A stretch of 57,391 nucleotides of DNA from Candidatus Bathyarchaeota archaeon (GTDB lineage Archaea; Thermoproteota; Bathyarchaeia; Bathyarchaeales; DTEX01): contig CAVQNT010000010.1 in NCBI GenBank assembly GCA_963714275.1, positions 1 through 57,391 of the forward strand, given 5' to 3'. The notes under the pieces are model-generated. The model made no database searches and was not told where the DNA came from. It worked only from the letters and a program-made list of their open reading frames with translations. The stretch's first letter is position 1; each line of letters starts with the position of its first letter. Below, one piece after another: positions 42,151 through 52,187 of this stretch. Position numbers and translations under genes: made by a program.

Positions 42151-42972
42151 CTAATACCAACCTAAAGTTCCTTCTTGTTTGGACCTGGCCACTCCCCACC
42201 GGAATATTTTGTAACCAACAGGAAGGAGTATGACAGCGAATATAGAGCCCTTCAGAAACTCGATTAGGATCTGTAGGTCCAACAGTGAAGGATTAGTCAA
42301 CATAGATAGCCGACAGAGGTGGTAGACCCAGGTTTGAGGAAGGAACCAAGAGATTGTTGAGACTCCTGGGAAGAATATGGTGTCCAGATAGGTCACTGGA
42401 AACATTGCTCCCGCAAAGATGCCCGCGAGGACATTTATCACCCACGTAATAGGGTCATTGGACTTCGTTACGACCATTAAACCTGTAGAGATCATAGCTA
42501 AACCAATCAATATGGCAGCTGAGATTGTGAAAGCAACGATTACAGAAGGTATGTTTGCGTTTAATGTCACATGGAATATGTAAATACCGATGAGAAGATA
42601 AGGGATAAAAGTGATTATTGAGAAGATGTATGTCCACATAACGTTGCCGATAACGAAGACTGAAGTACCTACGCCCGTCATAAGGATTGTTTCAATTGTC
42701 CACGGGTTAAGCTGACCCTGAACCCCTTGTACAAGAGGCATTATGAGGTTGCTGATTGCTATTCCCACTACGAGGAAGGAGATATAAGTAGTTCCAGGTC
42801 CATACATCTGGCTAACAGGTTTATTTACATATGTGGCGGTCACCCCCCATGAGAAGACGCCTATGAAGATGTTGATGATTTGAGTGATTACGACGGTCCT
42901 ATATGTTGTCCAGCTGTGAAAGTCTCGCTTTGTGAAAGCAATAATCTGCTTTAACGCGATTGGAATTTCCAA
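42151..42972 (-). CDS. ABC-2 type permease
   Basis: Six TMs, GAMFPV motif. Confidence 0.88.
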   Translation of the reverse strand: MEIPIALKQIIAFTKRDFHSWTTYRTVVITQIINIFIGVFSWGVTATYVNKPVSQMYGPGTTYISFLVVGIAISNLIMPLVQGVQGQLNPWTIETILMTGVGTSVFVIGNVMWTYIFSIITFIPYLLIGIYIFHVTLNANIPSVIVAFTISAAILIGLAMISTGLMVVTKSNDPITWVINVLAGIFAGAMFPVTYLDTIFFPGVSTISWFLPQTWVYHLCRLSMLTNPSLLDLQILIEFLKGSIFAVILLPVGYKIFRWGVARSKQEGTLGWY

Positions 42973-42976
42973 CTTT

Positions 42977-44101
42977 TTATGACCCCGGTCTATAACTTCT
43001 AAACTCGCCTTGTTGCTCTGTATGTTGTCCTGTGATGGCCATGAATGCGTCCTCCAAAGTCGGTTCCTTAGTGTTTATTATTTTTATCTTCAATCCGCTC
43101 TTCATTATGACCTCTAAAATGCTGGCGAGGTCCATGTTCTTGTCCACTCGGATCGATATTTCATGAAAGTTTTTCTCAGGATCAACCTCAGGAGTGGCAC
43201 CGTGGACACCATGCATTTCCTCTAGATCGTTCACCATCTTCAAATACTTGTCGTTAAAGACTGCATCAATGAATTCGATGACGAAAACCTTCTCATCGAA
43301 CATCATGTACCGAATATTATCCGGCGTATCGCACGCAGTTATTTTCCCACGGTCTAGAATAGCTATACGATCACACATATTCTGGGCCTCGTACAAGTTG
43401 TGCGTGCTGAGAAATATTGTCTTTTTCTCCTCATGAGCCAGCTTTTCATGTAGCATACTTCGAAATTCAGCTGCTGAGGTAGGATCTAAACCCATAGTCG
43501 GTTCATCGAAGAGCAGTGTAGGCGTATTCCGAAGCAAGGCCCTGCAGAGAAGTAGCTTACGCTGCATCCCAGTTGAGTACCGTTGGTAACCGTCATCAGC
43601 CCGTTCCTTCAGCCCCGTAAACTCTAAGAGATAGTTAATCCTCTCTTTCGCCTCCTTGTCCTTTAATCCATAAAGCAGTGCATAGAACTCCAAGTTTTGT
43701 CGTCCTGTCAACCTCCAAGTGAACCCTCTGCTCTCAGGTAGGACAGCTTGAAGGTTCTTTAGTACCTTGCTGGGTTCTTTTTTAACATTTAAGCCATTGA
43801 CGTAGGCTTCACCTTCGTCGTGAATGACCAAGGTGCAGAGGATTTTGATCAACGTTGTCTTTCCAGCACCGTTAGGACCCAGTATGCCAAAGATCTCCCC
43901 CTTCTTAATCTTGAGGTTTACACCTCGAAGTGCCTCGATGAAGGGACCCTTTATTCCCCTAAGGACTTTAAGCATCCCGCCGAAAGATTCTACTCGTCCA
44001 CCACGTCCAAAAAATAAAGCTTCTCTCCCTCTTCTAGCACTCGTAGGATACCTCTTGACAAGATCGATTGTTTCAATAGCAACATCCATATAATAATTCA
44101 C
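42977..44101 (-). CDS. ABC transporter ATP-binding protein
   Basis: GPNGAGKTT, YSTGM, LFDEP, STH. Confidence 0.93.
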   Translation of the reverse strand: MNYYMDVAIETIDLVKRYPTSARRGREALFFGRGGRVESFGGMLKVLRGIKGPFIEALRGVNLKIKKGEIFGILGPNGAGKTTLIKILCTLVIHDEGEAYVNGLNVKKEPSKVLKNLQAVLPESRGFTWRLTGRQNLEFYALLYGLKDKEAKERINYLLEFTGLKERADDGYQRYSTGMQRKLLLCRALLRNTPTLLFDEPTMGLDPTSAAEFRSMLHEKLAHEEKKTIFLSTHNLYEAQNMCDRIAILDRGKITACDTPDNIRYMMFDEKVFVIEFIDAVFNDKYLKMVNDLEEMHGVHGATPEVDPEKNFHEISIRVDKNMDLASILEVIMKSGLKIKIINTKEPTLEDAFMAITGQHTEQQGEFRSYRPGS

Positions 44102-44666
44102 TTCCTTTATCTACAGGTTCAAAACTTTTCCTTATTTCCTCAATTTCGTCAGCAGCTCTTACAAGGATTGAACGGATTTTTTCTTTAGCTTCATCTGTTT
44201 TTTCGCTTCTAAGATAATGGCTGATTTTTTCAAGGGATTCCAGCAGCTTTGCGCTTGATTGGTAAAGGTCTTCGTCCAACTCCCTATGAAGCATATGATC
44301 GAATCTTCTCATATGGTGGAATTTACGTTTAAAGACTTCTCTTTTATTGTCATATTCGGTCAACAATGTTTGCCCTTTAGTGGTTAACTTAAAACGTTTA
44401 AGTCCAGGCTCCTCTGACTCGACCTCTTCAACAAAACCCTCTGCCTGCAATCTTGCTAAAAGCGGATAGATGGATCCTGGACTGGGTCTCCAGCCTGTTT
44501 TCTTTTCGATCTCTTCCATTAGCTCCGAACCAGACGTCGGATTTTGATTCAATATCTTGAGGACACCATAAGACAAGAAGCCTCTTGGAACTCCAACTGA
44601 ACGTTTCATCCAATTTCCATGATGACAATTCATACATATCACTTTTGATATCTCTACTGATATCAT
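44073..44666 (-). CDS. PadR family regulator
   Basis: WRPSPGSIYPLLARL; true start probably ~44609. Confidence 0.88.
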   Translation of the reverse strand: MISVEISKVICMNCHHGNWMKRSVGVPRGFLSYGVLKILNQNPTSGSELMEEIEKKTGWRPSPGSIYPLLARLQAEGFVEEVESEEPGLKRFKLTTKGQTLLTEYDNKREVFKRKFHHMRRFDHMLHRELDEDLYQSSAKLLESLEKISHYLRSEKTDEAKEKIRSILVRAADEIEEIRKSFEPVDKGSELLYGCCY

Positions 44667-44801
44667 TAATGACTATAAAAATATTGCTCTATCTAAATGC
44701 GAATTAACTCACCTTTCAAAAACCTTAAGGCTTCTCAAAACCTTTTACAGCAATTACTTACATGGACACAAGAAAAATTCTATTTATTCTCTATTTTTTT
44801 G

Positions 44802-45080
44802 TTATCCTCCAATCAGCACTGGCATGAATGTTATGAGGTCCCCTTCTTTAAGGACTGTATCATAGCCATCAAGAGCATGGATGTTGCGACCATTTACGAG
44901 AATTATCAATGTTGAATCTTCCACTTTATAGCCACCTAGAAAAGCAATCCCTGAGGCTCTGACTTTTCCTTCCAGTGCCAAGATTAGGTTTCTGATTTTT
45001 GCTCCATCCTTTCACTCAATATTTGACTTATCACTAAGGAACCGCCTCATGTCCCCATAACCCTTTACTATTACCTTCAA
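44802..45080 (-). pseudogene. MoaD/ThiS ubiquitin-like protein, disrupted (two frameshifts and an in-frame TGA)
   Basis: Spliced reading LKVIVKG/YGDMRRFL...ILVNGRNIHALDGYDTVLKEG/DLITFMPVLIGG*; absent from the ORF track. Confidence 0.75.
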
Positions 45081-45149
45081 TTCTCATGAATTCCTTTAGT
45101 TTTTACTTAAGGTTTCAATTTCATAAACCTAAGCGAAAGCTAGCTGCAA

Positions 45150-47018
45150 TTACCGGATCCTGTCTAATGCCTTATTCACATCCTGTAATTTCAGTTTATT
45201 CAGCACCTCGGATCTTGGTATTCCATTCTCGTCCCATCCCATTACCTCATAATATTCCTTTCTTCTCCTATCCATAACTTCTCTACTTATGAATGAACCT
45301 TTGTGGGGTCCTGTGGGTAAAGGTTCGTAGAATCTCGGAGGATTATCATCGTCCTTCGGAGGATCCCATCTTATGTCTGGTCCACCCAGCAATTCAGCTG
45401 CTCTCTGAATGTGAACGATTCTATGGCTCAATTCACGCTTCCATTCTTCCTCTGTAATGTTCCAACCTGTCACTGCTCTCATGAATCTCCAGTCAACGCC
45501 GTTTAATCCTCCTCCCCAAGCAATAACTGCACAGTAAACAGCTGAATCGTGAAAGACAGTACTCATGTCATCGTAGGCGTCTTTTACGGTTGCTGTGTGA
45601 TCACCTCCTTGAACTGAACATGCATAACAAATATCGTGAGTGTAGTCTTCATCGCTTCTGGTTCCGTGAGCACCTATTTCAACTCCTTTGACATGAACTG
45701 CGTAAGGAAGCACATTGATTCCTTTAAGTTCTGAGATTTTTAATGCCGCCCTATAAGTTCCCTCAGCAAGAATATCGAAGTACTTGCTGTCTCTATTTGC
45801 GATTCTTTTCGCCAGTTCAGCAAGTGCGTCTATGTCGCCCCAGTTTAGTTCTAATCCATCTAAATCAGTCTTTGTCAGGATTCCTCTCTGATATAATTCT
45901 GTTGCAAATGCAAGGAGGTTTCCTCCATTTATCCCTGAATAACCAAGGTCTTCGATTAAAGAGCTCAGGTAGATGATGCCGCCTGCGTCGAATACACCTA
46001 CATTTGGACCAAGGTATGCTTCCATCTCATAATCCGGATTATCAGTTATCGCCCCTTTATACGGGCCTGCCTTAATGACTGCTAGCTTCATGCAAGTCAC
46101 TGCGCAACCATAGTCCCCCCAATAACGTTTTACCCAATATCTAAAGTCGAACCTTGGTCCGCCGATTGATTTTTCATCATGCCACTCTTCCTGCCAGTTT
46201 CGAACAGGTTCTGCACTTCTTTCAGCTCCTACTTCGTAGCCAACGTATCCTGTTCCCCACCGGCGTATTCGATCACGGTTTCCAGAAAGTGCGATTTTTT
46301 CGTATTCCTGTATAAGTGTTTCAACTTCTTTAGGGTCTGAAACTGTAGGAAGCGGTCCATTTCCCTTGGCAACTATTGCCTTTAGGTTTTTGGACCCCAT
46401 GACTGCGCCATAACCTCCATACCCAGCTGCGTGGCTCCACTTCTGTTGAACAGCAGCAACCCTCACTTGGTTATCTCCTGCTGGACCCGTATAAAGAATG
46501 CCAGGTTCTTTTTGTATCCCAAACTTTATGTATCGTTTGTCTAGTTCTTCTTTGACTTCTTTTGTTAGAATCCTGAGTGTTGCCTTACCATCTTTTTGCC
46601 ACACATGTTTGGCACTCTTAACCTGTACATTCTCGTTGTCGATAAGAATGTAAACTGGCTCCTCGGCCTTGCCGGAAACAACAACTCCGTCCCATCCTGA
46701 GCATTTAAGTTCAATTGCGAATTCTCCGCTGACTGTGGAACCAATGATGCCGTTACTTTGGGGAGACTTTCCTGTGACGCATATTCGAGCACCATGGAAG
46801 TATCCTGTAAGGGGTCCAGTAAGGGTCATAAAAAGGTTCTCGGGACCTAGAGGGTCGACCTTTTCCCATCTTGAACCCAGACGATCCCATAAAATCTTTG
46901 CCCCTAAACCTCTGCCACCAACATATTGGCGAAGAATTTTATTCTGTATACTTGTTTCAGTTATTTTTTCGTGGCTTAGGTCTATGTCTAAAAGTTTTCC
47001 AGCGTATCCACCGACCAT
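45150..47018 (-). CDS. Tungsten aldehyde:ferredoxin oxidoreductase family, WOR5-like large subunit
   Basis: GGRGLG, GAVMGSKNLKA, PDYE, GAHGTRS, QGGDH. Confidence 0.9.
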   Translation of the reverse strand: MVGGYAGKLLDIDLSHEKITETSIQNKILRQYVGGRGLGAKILWDRLGSRWEKVDPLGPENLFMTLTGPLTGYFHGARICVTGKSPQSNGIIGSTVSGEFAIELKCSGWDGVVVSGKAEEPVYILIDNENVQVKSAKHVWQKDGKATLRILTKEVKEELDKRYIKFGIQKEPGILYTGPAGDNQVRVAAVQQKWSHAAGYGGYGAVMGSKNLKAIVAKGNGPLPTVSDPKEVETLIQEYEKIALSGNRDRIRRWGTGYVGYEVGAERSAEPVRNWQEEWHDEKSIGGPRFDFRYWVKRYWGDYGCAVTCMKLAVIKAGPYKGAITDNPDYEMEAYLGPNVGVFDAGGIIYLSSLIEDLGYSGINGGNLLAFATELYQRGILTKTDLDGLELNWGDIDALAELAKRIANRDSKYFDILAEGTYRAALKISELKGINVLPYAVHVKGVEIGAHGTRSDEDYTHDICYACSVQGGDHTATVKDAYDDMSTVFHDSAVYCAVIAWGGGLNGVDWRFMRAVTGWNITEEEWKRELSHRIVHIQRAAELLGGPDIRWDPPKDDDNPPRFYEPLPTGPHKGSFISREVMDRRRKEYYEVMGWDENGIPRSEVLNKLKLQDVNKALDRIR

Positions 47019-47019
47019 C

Positions 47020-47586
47020 CTAAATCAACTCCTCAGCTTTTTCGCCATAAAGGTTTTCAGCAACATCTCGAGTTATCTCCTCAGGCGTTCTAGCAAAAAG
47101 GCTGTGGGAAACAGATGAAACCTCTCTTACTACACGTAGCGCATTGTATCCGGCTTTAGTGCAGACTTTGGCACATTGGGGATTTCCATCGCACAAATCG
47201 CAGATAAGAACGTAATTTTCCTTTGGATGAATATGAGGTATTTTCCCTGGACAAGCTCTTATGCATGCGCCACAAGCCGTACATTTCTCTCGGTCCACCA
47301 TTACGGCAGATGTTTTCTCATTCACGGAGAGGGCGTTAAAGGAACACGATTTTACACAGTAATATTCTTTGCATTGGGCGCAAAGGTGAGGAACCTCAAC
47401 CCCTGGAACCAGCATGAAAACTCTTACTCTAGATGCTTCAGGCCATATCTGTTTTTCATGAAATAATGAACAGGCTATTTCGCATCTCCTGCACCCCGTA
47501 CATCTAAGATAGTCTCGGCTTATCCACTTCTTCCTTTTCTCTGTCACGTTTCCACCGTAATATCTGAGTGTTATTGGCTTAGTCAA
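47020..47586 (-). CDS. 4Fe-4S small subunit of the WOR5-like enzyme
   Basis: CTGCRRCEIAC, CAQC, CTACGACIRAC, CDLC. Confidence 0.88.
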   Translation of the reverse strand: MTKPITLRYYGGNVTEKRKKWISRDYLRCTGCRRCEIACSLFHEKQIWPEASRVRVFMLVPGVEVPHLCAQCKEYYCVKSCSFNALSVNEKTSAVMVDREKCTACGACIRACPGKIPHIHPKENYVLICDLCDGNPQCAKVCTKAGYNALRVVREVSSVSHSLFARTPEEITRDVAENLYGEKAEELI

Positions 47587-47640
47587 ACAATAACCTGTGC
47601 AATTATTAATAAACTTTTAAAAGATTCTTTTTAATGATAG

Positions 47641-47715
47641 CGGGCCCGGCGGGAATTGAACCCACGACCACCGGATTAAAAGTCCGGTGCTCTATCCTGA
47701 CTGAGCTACGGGCCC
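47641..47715 (-). tRNA. tRNA-Lys(UUU)
   Basis: GGGCCCGTAGCTCAG...CCGGA-CTTTTAA-TCCGG...GGTTCAATTCC...CGGGCCCG cloverleaf. Confidence 0.97.
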
Positions 47716-47829
47716 ATGCTGTTTTCTTTAGGGCGCTTCGGGAAATAAAGTTTATCGAGGTTATTTAGAGCTTGCTGTTTAGACAAACAAAATATAGTTC
47801 CGAGAGCTAAAGTATCTGTCAGAAAGGGT

Positions 47830-48447
47830 ATGTCCATTAAAGTTGTATTAGAAAAACTTGTGCCAGAAAAAATGGTTGGACCGTCCCCAGCTTTCACGGT
47901 TTTCGACGTCATAAAAATGCTGGAAACCATTGCAGAGTCAGGTTCGATCGGTCGAGGCTCACTTTCTGAAAAACTCGAGCTCGGCGAAGGCACGACCAGA
48001 ACCCTGATTTCACGGCTGAAAAAGGCGCAGCTAATGACCTCTTCCAGAAAGGGATGTACATTAACTGAGAAGGGCACAAAAGTTTGGAGCCAAATCAAAA
48101 CCTTAATCCCTATTATGCTCAAGATCGAAGACAACGAGCTGACATTCGCAACTTTCCACGTAGCCATGTTGGTTAAGAATCGAACTGAAAAAGTCAATAA
48201 AGGTCTAGAGCAACGGGACGCAGCGGTCAGGGCGGGAGCTTCAGGCGCAACCACCTTAATCTTTAGGGATGGCAGACTCATTCTTCCAACAATAAGTGAC
48301 GACGTTTCGAAAGATTACCCGAAAGCCTTCCGCCAGATAATGCAGCTCATGGATCCGAAAGAAAACGACGTGGTGATCATAAGCTGCGGAACAACGCTAA
48401 AAGCTGCTGAATACGGCGCGTTGGCAGCGTCTTGGACATTACTTTAA
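47830..48447 (+). CDS. DUF4443-like wHTH protein
   Basis: IGRGSLSEKLELGEGTTRTL, GLEQRDAAVRAGASGATT. Confidence 0.8.
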   Translation: MSIKVVLEKLVPEKMVGPSPAFTVFDVIKMLETIAESGSIGRGSLSEKLELGEGTTRTLISRLKKAQLMTSSRKGCTLTEKGTKVWSQIKTLIPIMLKIEDNELTFATFHVAMLVKNRTEKVNKGLEQRDAAVRAGASGATTLIFRDGRLILPTISDDVSKDYPKAFRQIMQLMDPKENDVVIISCGTTLKAAEYGALAASWTLL

Positions 48448-48468
48448 GCTGAGTTAAATGTTGCTGGT

Positions 48469-49234
48469 TTAGTATGTAATTTTTTCTCCGCCCGTAAAGA
48501 CACGTTCTAACGTAGCGTTCAGTTCAATTAAGCCCTCGTTGGTCTTCGCTGAAACAGGAATCAGTGGAAAACTGAGGTCTAAATCATGAATTACCTCGGT
48601 CATTCTCTGGCTCAGCAGCCTCTTTGTTCCCTCTAAGCTTCTCGTTGATCGCCAACTCTAAAGCTTCAGAGCTTTCAGACCATTCCAGAACTGACTCCAA
48701 GTCCGTTTCGGGCAGCAAATCACACTTAGATAGAACATGAAATTGGGGTAGCAAGAACCGCGTGTAAACGGCGGCAGAAAGCAGCATGTTCGAGACGTAA
48801 TTCAGCGGGTTCGACGAAAAAACGGAGTCAAAAAGGTACACGATGGCTTTAGGCTCGTCGCTGATGTTTTGGGCAATGTATGGTCCGCTGACCCTGAAGG
48901 CGAACAGCTCTATCTGTCCAGGCGTGTCGATTATGAGCATGTCTGGTTCTATGTTCTCAATATCTCCTTTCACCCTTTCAATCTCACCCGCAATCAGGTC
49001 AGCTGCCATGAGAAGCGCCCCGTTTGGTCCAAGCTTGTATTCTTCCATGACGGCTTCGATCGTGATGTAGTCCCGAATGTCGATGTCAGGCGAGTAAGGT
49101 AATGAGGCAACGCCAGGGTCAAGGTTCAACGTGGCAACCTTCTGTTTCTCTCCCCTCATCCTTTCCACAAAAGCCGAAGTCAGCTGAGACTTGCCGGAAC
49201 CAGCAGTTCCAATTATGAACGTAGTAAAAACCAT
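48469..49234 (-). CDS. GPN-loop GTPase (frameshift ~48630)
   Basis: GTAGSGKS, NLDPG, LGPNG, DTPGQIE, SKCD; alternative frame PVSAK...*. Confidence 0.9.
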
Positions 49235-50145
49235 ATCATCAATCTCCAAACAATACATTCACTTAACATCATACATGTGCAGTTTATTAATGAATAAAGC
49301 AGTGAGCTAGCTGCAACAGGCTTGACTTTGCCGCCTTTTTCCTGAATCATTTCCGAAATCTGAATAACTACGCGTCCGATTCTTTGGCGGGCAGTTTTCG
49401 GGTCATCCGAAGTTGTCGAAAGGTGAATCTCCAAATGCGGAACCTTCTCGGAAGCCTGCGGGTGAGACTTGATGTAAACGTAGGGGTTGTCGCGCATGAC
49501 CTCGTCAATCATTGGCGCTAACTGCGACTCAGGCATCTCCTTAACGTCGAGGCTTGCCTCAAAAAACATCATATCGCCTGAAACCTGCCTTAACAAAGGT
49601 TCAACCGACCCGTCGAAAATAGCCATCATCTCCGAAGGCACACCGGGAAGCATAATCAACTTTACGTTGCCTTCTCCAACCAAGACGCCGGGAGCAGTGC
49701 CAACGGGATTAACCAAAACAGTTGCGTCTTCGGGAAGCCTAGCCATCTTTGCCCTGTGAGGAGTCATCTCGAACTTTTCTACTCGGCCTTCGTCAACATA
49801 CTGCTTGTATTTCTTTTTCACCATGTCCAAAGCTTCTTTGTTATCCTCGAGTCCGCGTCCAAGACCCTTAGCGACTCCTTCAAGAGTCATGTCGTCAAAC
49901 GTTGGACCCAACCCGCCTGTTGTGATGACAAAACATGGCTTACGTTGAACCGCCTCTTTTACCGCTGCGGAGATGTCGTCAAGATTGTCGCCGACCACTG
50001 TTACCCTCTTGACGTTTAAGCCTAGAGACGTGATTCTTTTTGCCAGCCAATGCGCGTTACTGTTCAGGGTTTTTCCGATTAAGAGTTCGTTTCCGACGCA
50101 TAAAATTTCAACATTAGGGTTTGTCAACTTTTGTCCTCCAAACAA
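49213..50145 (-). CDS. CinA-like molybdopterin-binding domain protein
   Basis: VGNELLIG, TTGGLGPTFDD, NPVGTAPG, LPGVPSEM, YIKSHP; true stop probably ~49300. Confidence 0.88.
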   Translation of the reverse strand: MFGGQKLTNPNVEILCVGNELLIGKTLNSNAHWLAKRITSLGLNVKRVTVVGDNLDDISAAVKEAVQRKPCFVITTGGLGPTFDDMTLEGVAKGLGRGLEDNKEALDMVKKKYKQYVDEGRVEKFEMTPHRAKMARLPEDATVLVNPVGTAPGVLVGEGNVKLIMLPGVPSEMMAIFDGSVEPLLRQVSGDMMFFEASLDVKEMPESQLAPMIDEVMRDNPYVYIKSHPQASEKVPHLEIHLSTTSDDPKTARQRIGRVVIQISEMIQEKGGKVKPVAASSLLYSLINCTCMMLSECIVWRLMIWFLLRS

Positions 50146-50251
50146 ATGATAGGTGATGTAATCTTAACCTTCATTTTATTTGATGAGTTAATTTAAAACT
50201 ATATTGCATTAAAAAGCCTAAGTTAACGAGCTGCAGACTCCAATGGTCGTT

Positions 50252-50458
50252 TTACTTCTTTTTTGAGAGCCACCACTCGAGGTATTCTTTTCGAACCTTC
50301 TTCCGTTCGTCTTCTTCAGGTTCAGCACGATCCCTTTGGCGGTCACGTATCTCCATCAGCTCCTGATGAGTGAGAGTTAACCCGCAGCTCTTACACGAAT
50401 AACGTTTCGTAAGGCTCGTGTAATGCATTTCGCCTCCACATTCTGGACAGTAAGGCAT
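50252..50458 (-). CDS. Small Zn-ribbon protein
   Basis: CPECGG...CKSCG. Confidence 0.8.
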   Translation of the reverse strand: MPYCPECGGEMHYTSLTKRYSCKSCGLTLTHQELMEIRDRQRDRAEPEEDERKKVRKEYLEWWLSKKK

Positions 50459-50593
50459 GCTTTCACTCCGACCGTGAACTGACGATTATAGAAGAATCCT
50501 GAGAGAAATACCTTTTGGAACGGAACTTTCGTCTGAAAACGAACAAAAACTTTAAAGAGCCAAAAAACGCTTTTGAATCTGGAATTGAATCAA

Positions 50594-50720
50594 GCCGGGA
50601 GTAGACCCGTTGCCAAGCCCATCAATAGGCTCAATAAGGGGTGGCAGAGCGGTAATGCGCTGGACTCGAGATCCAGTGACTCTTCGAGTCGCAAGGGTTC
50701 GAATCCCTTCCCCGGCGCCA
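50594..50720 (+). tRNA. tRNA-Ser(CGA) with a 41-nt insertion in the acceptor stem
   Basis: GCC at 50594 + GGGGTGGCAGAGCGG from 50638; CTGGA-CTCGAGA-TCCAG; long variable arm; ends CCCCGGCGCCA. Confidence 0.85.
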
Positions 50721-50766
50721 TATTTTATGTCAAATCTATCTAGCTTGGCTAGACTAGATTTAAATT

Positions 50767-52032
50767 TCATTCGATGCGAATTATTTTATTCATAAAACCT
50801 AAAATGTTCCTCTCAATTTGTTTTTTATGATTTCGGATTTTTTCCAGCGTTTCGTTGTAGACTTTTTTTACTGTTTTTTTCTCTGATTCAACGCTTTCCG
50901 TTCTTCTCTCTAGTTTTTTTATGCTTTCTTGAAGACTTGATAAGATACTTTTTGTTTCCGTAAACTTTATTGATGTTGAAAGTTGCTTTTTTCGCATTAT
51001 GACATCAATGCTTTTTTGATGAAGACTCGCCAAGGAATTCATGTTTAATATTTTGTCTATGGCTTGCTCTGCCTTTCGCTCTTTATCCGGCTTAAGTTTT
51101 AGTTTTCCGTTGGACATTGAATGGGTTATTTTTTGGAGAATCTGCTTTAGCACCGGATAGTCAGCATCTTCTGTTGCAAGTGCTTCGAAAGGATTTTCCA
51201 CGTACCGATTAAGTTTGTTGAATTCTATTGGTGTTAAGTCGCTTACTTCGTCGTGAAGTTTTAGTGACTGAAGTTTTATGAAGGGTTTTTGAAGATGCTG
51301 TAAACTATGCTTTACTTCCATGCTTAACGCTTCTATTTCCATATCTATTTGGTCTAGCTGGCTTATTCCTCCTTCACTTTTTAAATCAGCCATTCTTTGT
51401 TGCGTTTCAACAATTTCCTTCTCAAATAAGGCCTTTTCATCTTCGGACTTTTTCTTCTGCTTACTCAAGTTTGCAAGTTGTTCTTCAATTTTTTTGAGTC
51501 CATCTATGAGTTGGAATGTTTCTTCCAGTGTTTTTATTTTAACACATTCTTTTGTTATGAGATCGTTAATTTCTTTCAGCGATTCCTTAGCTTTTCCAAA
51601 AACTGTTAGGAATTCTCCTCTGTCAAAGGCGAAGAAAGGCGAGATCCTCGGAAACCAGTTTTTTACATCAACCTCAGTAACTACAAATGCTTTTTGGGTT
51701 TCTCGGGCAAATTCGAGGAGGCTATCGCAAGAAACCTGATCTGGGACTTCAATCTGCCTTATTCTCTCTAGGAACAAGTGTGCAAGCTTGTTCAAGCCTC
51801 GGGCTTTACCATAAGGCTTCATATTCCCTTCGTCAATCTCTTTTCTACTGCTTTCCAGAAGCATTTTACTGGCATCTGCAAGATTTTCGAGCGCTCTAAT
51901 CATTTCATCGCGTAATTTCTTGGCTTTCGTGTGAAATGGAATAAAAATTGGACTGGTTTCGTTTTCAAGCCAACCTTTAATTTCGCTAGAAGAAATTTTT
52001 AAGATTTCAGACAAGGGGCTACTACCTTCCAT
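50767..52032 (-). CDS. Hypothetical coiled-coil protein
   Basis: 421-aa K/E-rich helical ORF. Confidence 0.75.
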   Translation of the reverse strand: MEGSSPLSEILKISSSEIKGWLENETSPIFIPFHTKAKKLRDEMIRALENLADASKMLLESSRKEIDEGNMKPYGKARGLNKLAHLFLERIRQIEVPDQVSCDSLLEFARETQKAFVVTEVDVKNWFPRISPFFAFDRGEFLTVFGKAKESLKEINDLITKECVKIKTLEETFQLIDGLKKIEEQLANLSKQKKKSEDEKALFEKEIVETQQRMADLKSEGGISQLDQIDMEIEALSMEVKHSLQHLQKPFIKLQSLKLHDEVSDLTPIEFNKLNRYVENPFEALATEDADYPVLKQILQKITHSMSNGKLKLKPDKERKAEQAIDKILNMNSLASLHQKSIDVIMRKKQLSTSIKFTETKSILSSLQESIKKLERRTESVESEKKTVKKVYNETLEKIRNHKKQIERNILGFMNKIIRIE

Positions 52033-52187
52033 ACATTTAGTTAGTTAGTCAGTTATGTCGTTGAAGAATATTTATATTGACTTTTACTTATCTCCATTAA
52101 CAAAATTTATAGAGAGCCACGTATTGGATTAATTTTAAAATGGAAGATACCTTTTAAGAAAATTATGAATATAGGTGATTATAAATA

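Noticed and set aside
44802-45080. Selenocysteine or stop-codon recoding at the in-frame TGA (also 1462)
   Set aside because: Neither position is a conserved Cys site, no SECIS was recognised, and TGA terminates ordinary genes such as map
47706-48281. 191-aa minus-strand ORF (and similar antisense ORFs such as 34141..34710, 14873..15329, 17495..17890)
   Set aside because: Antisense shadows of well-supported genes
50552-50795. ORFs 50552..50770 and 50610..50795
   Set aside because: Shadow ORFs over tRNA-Ser
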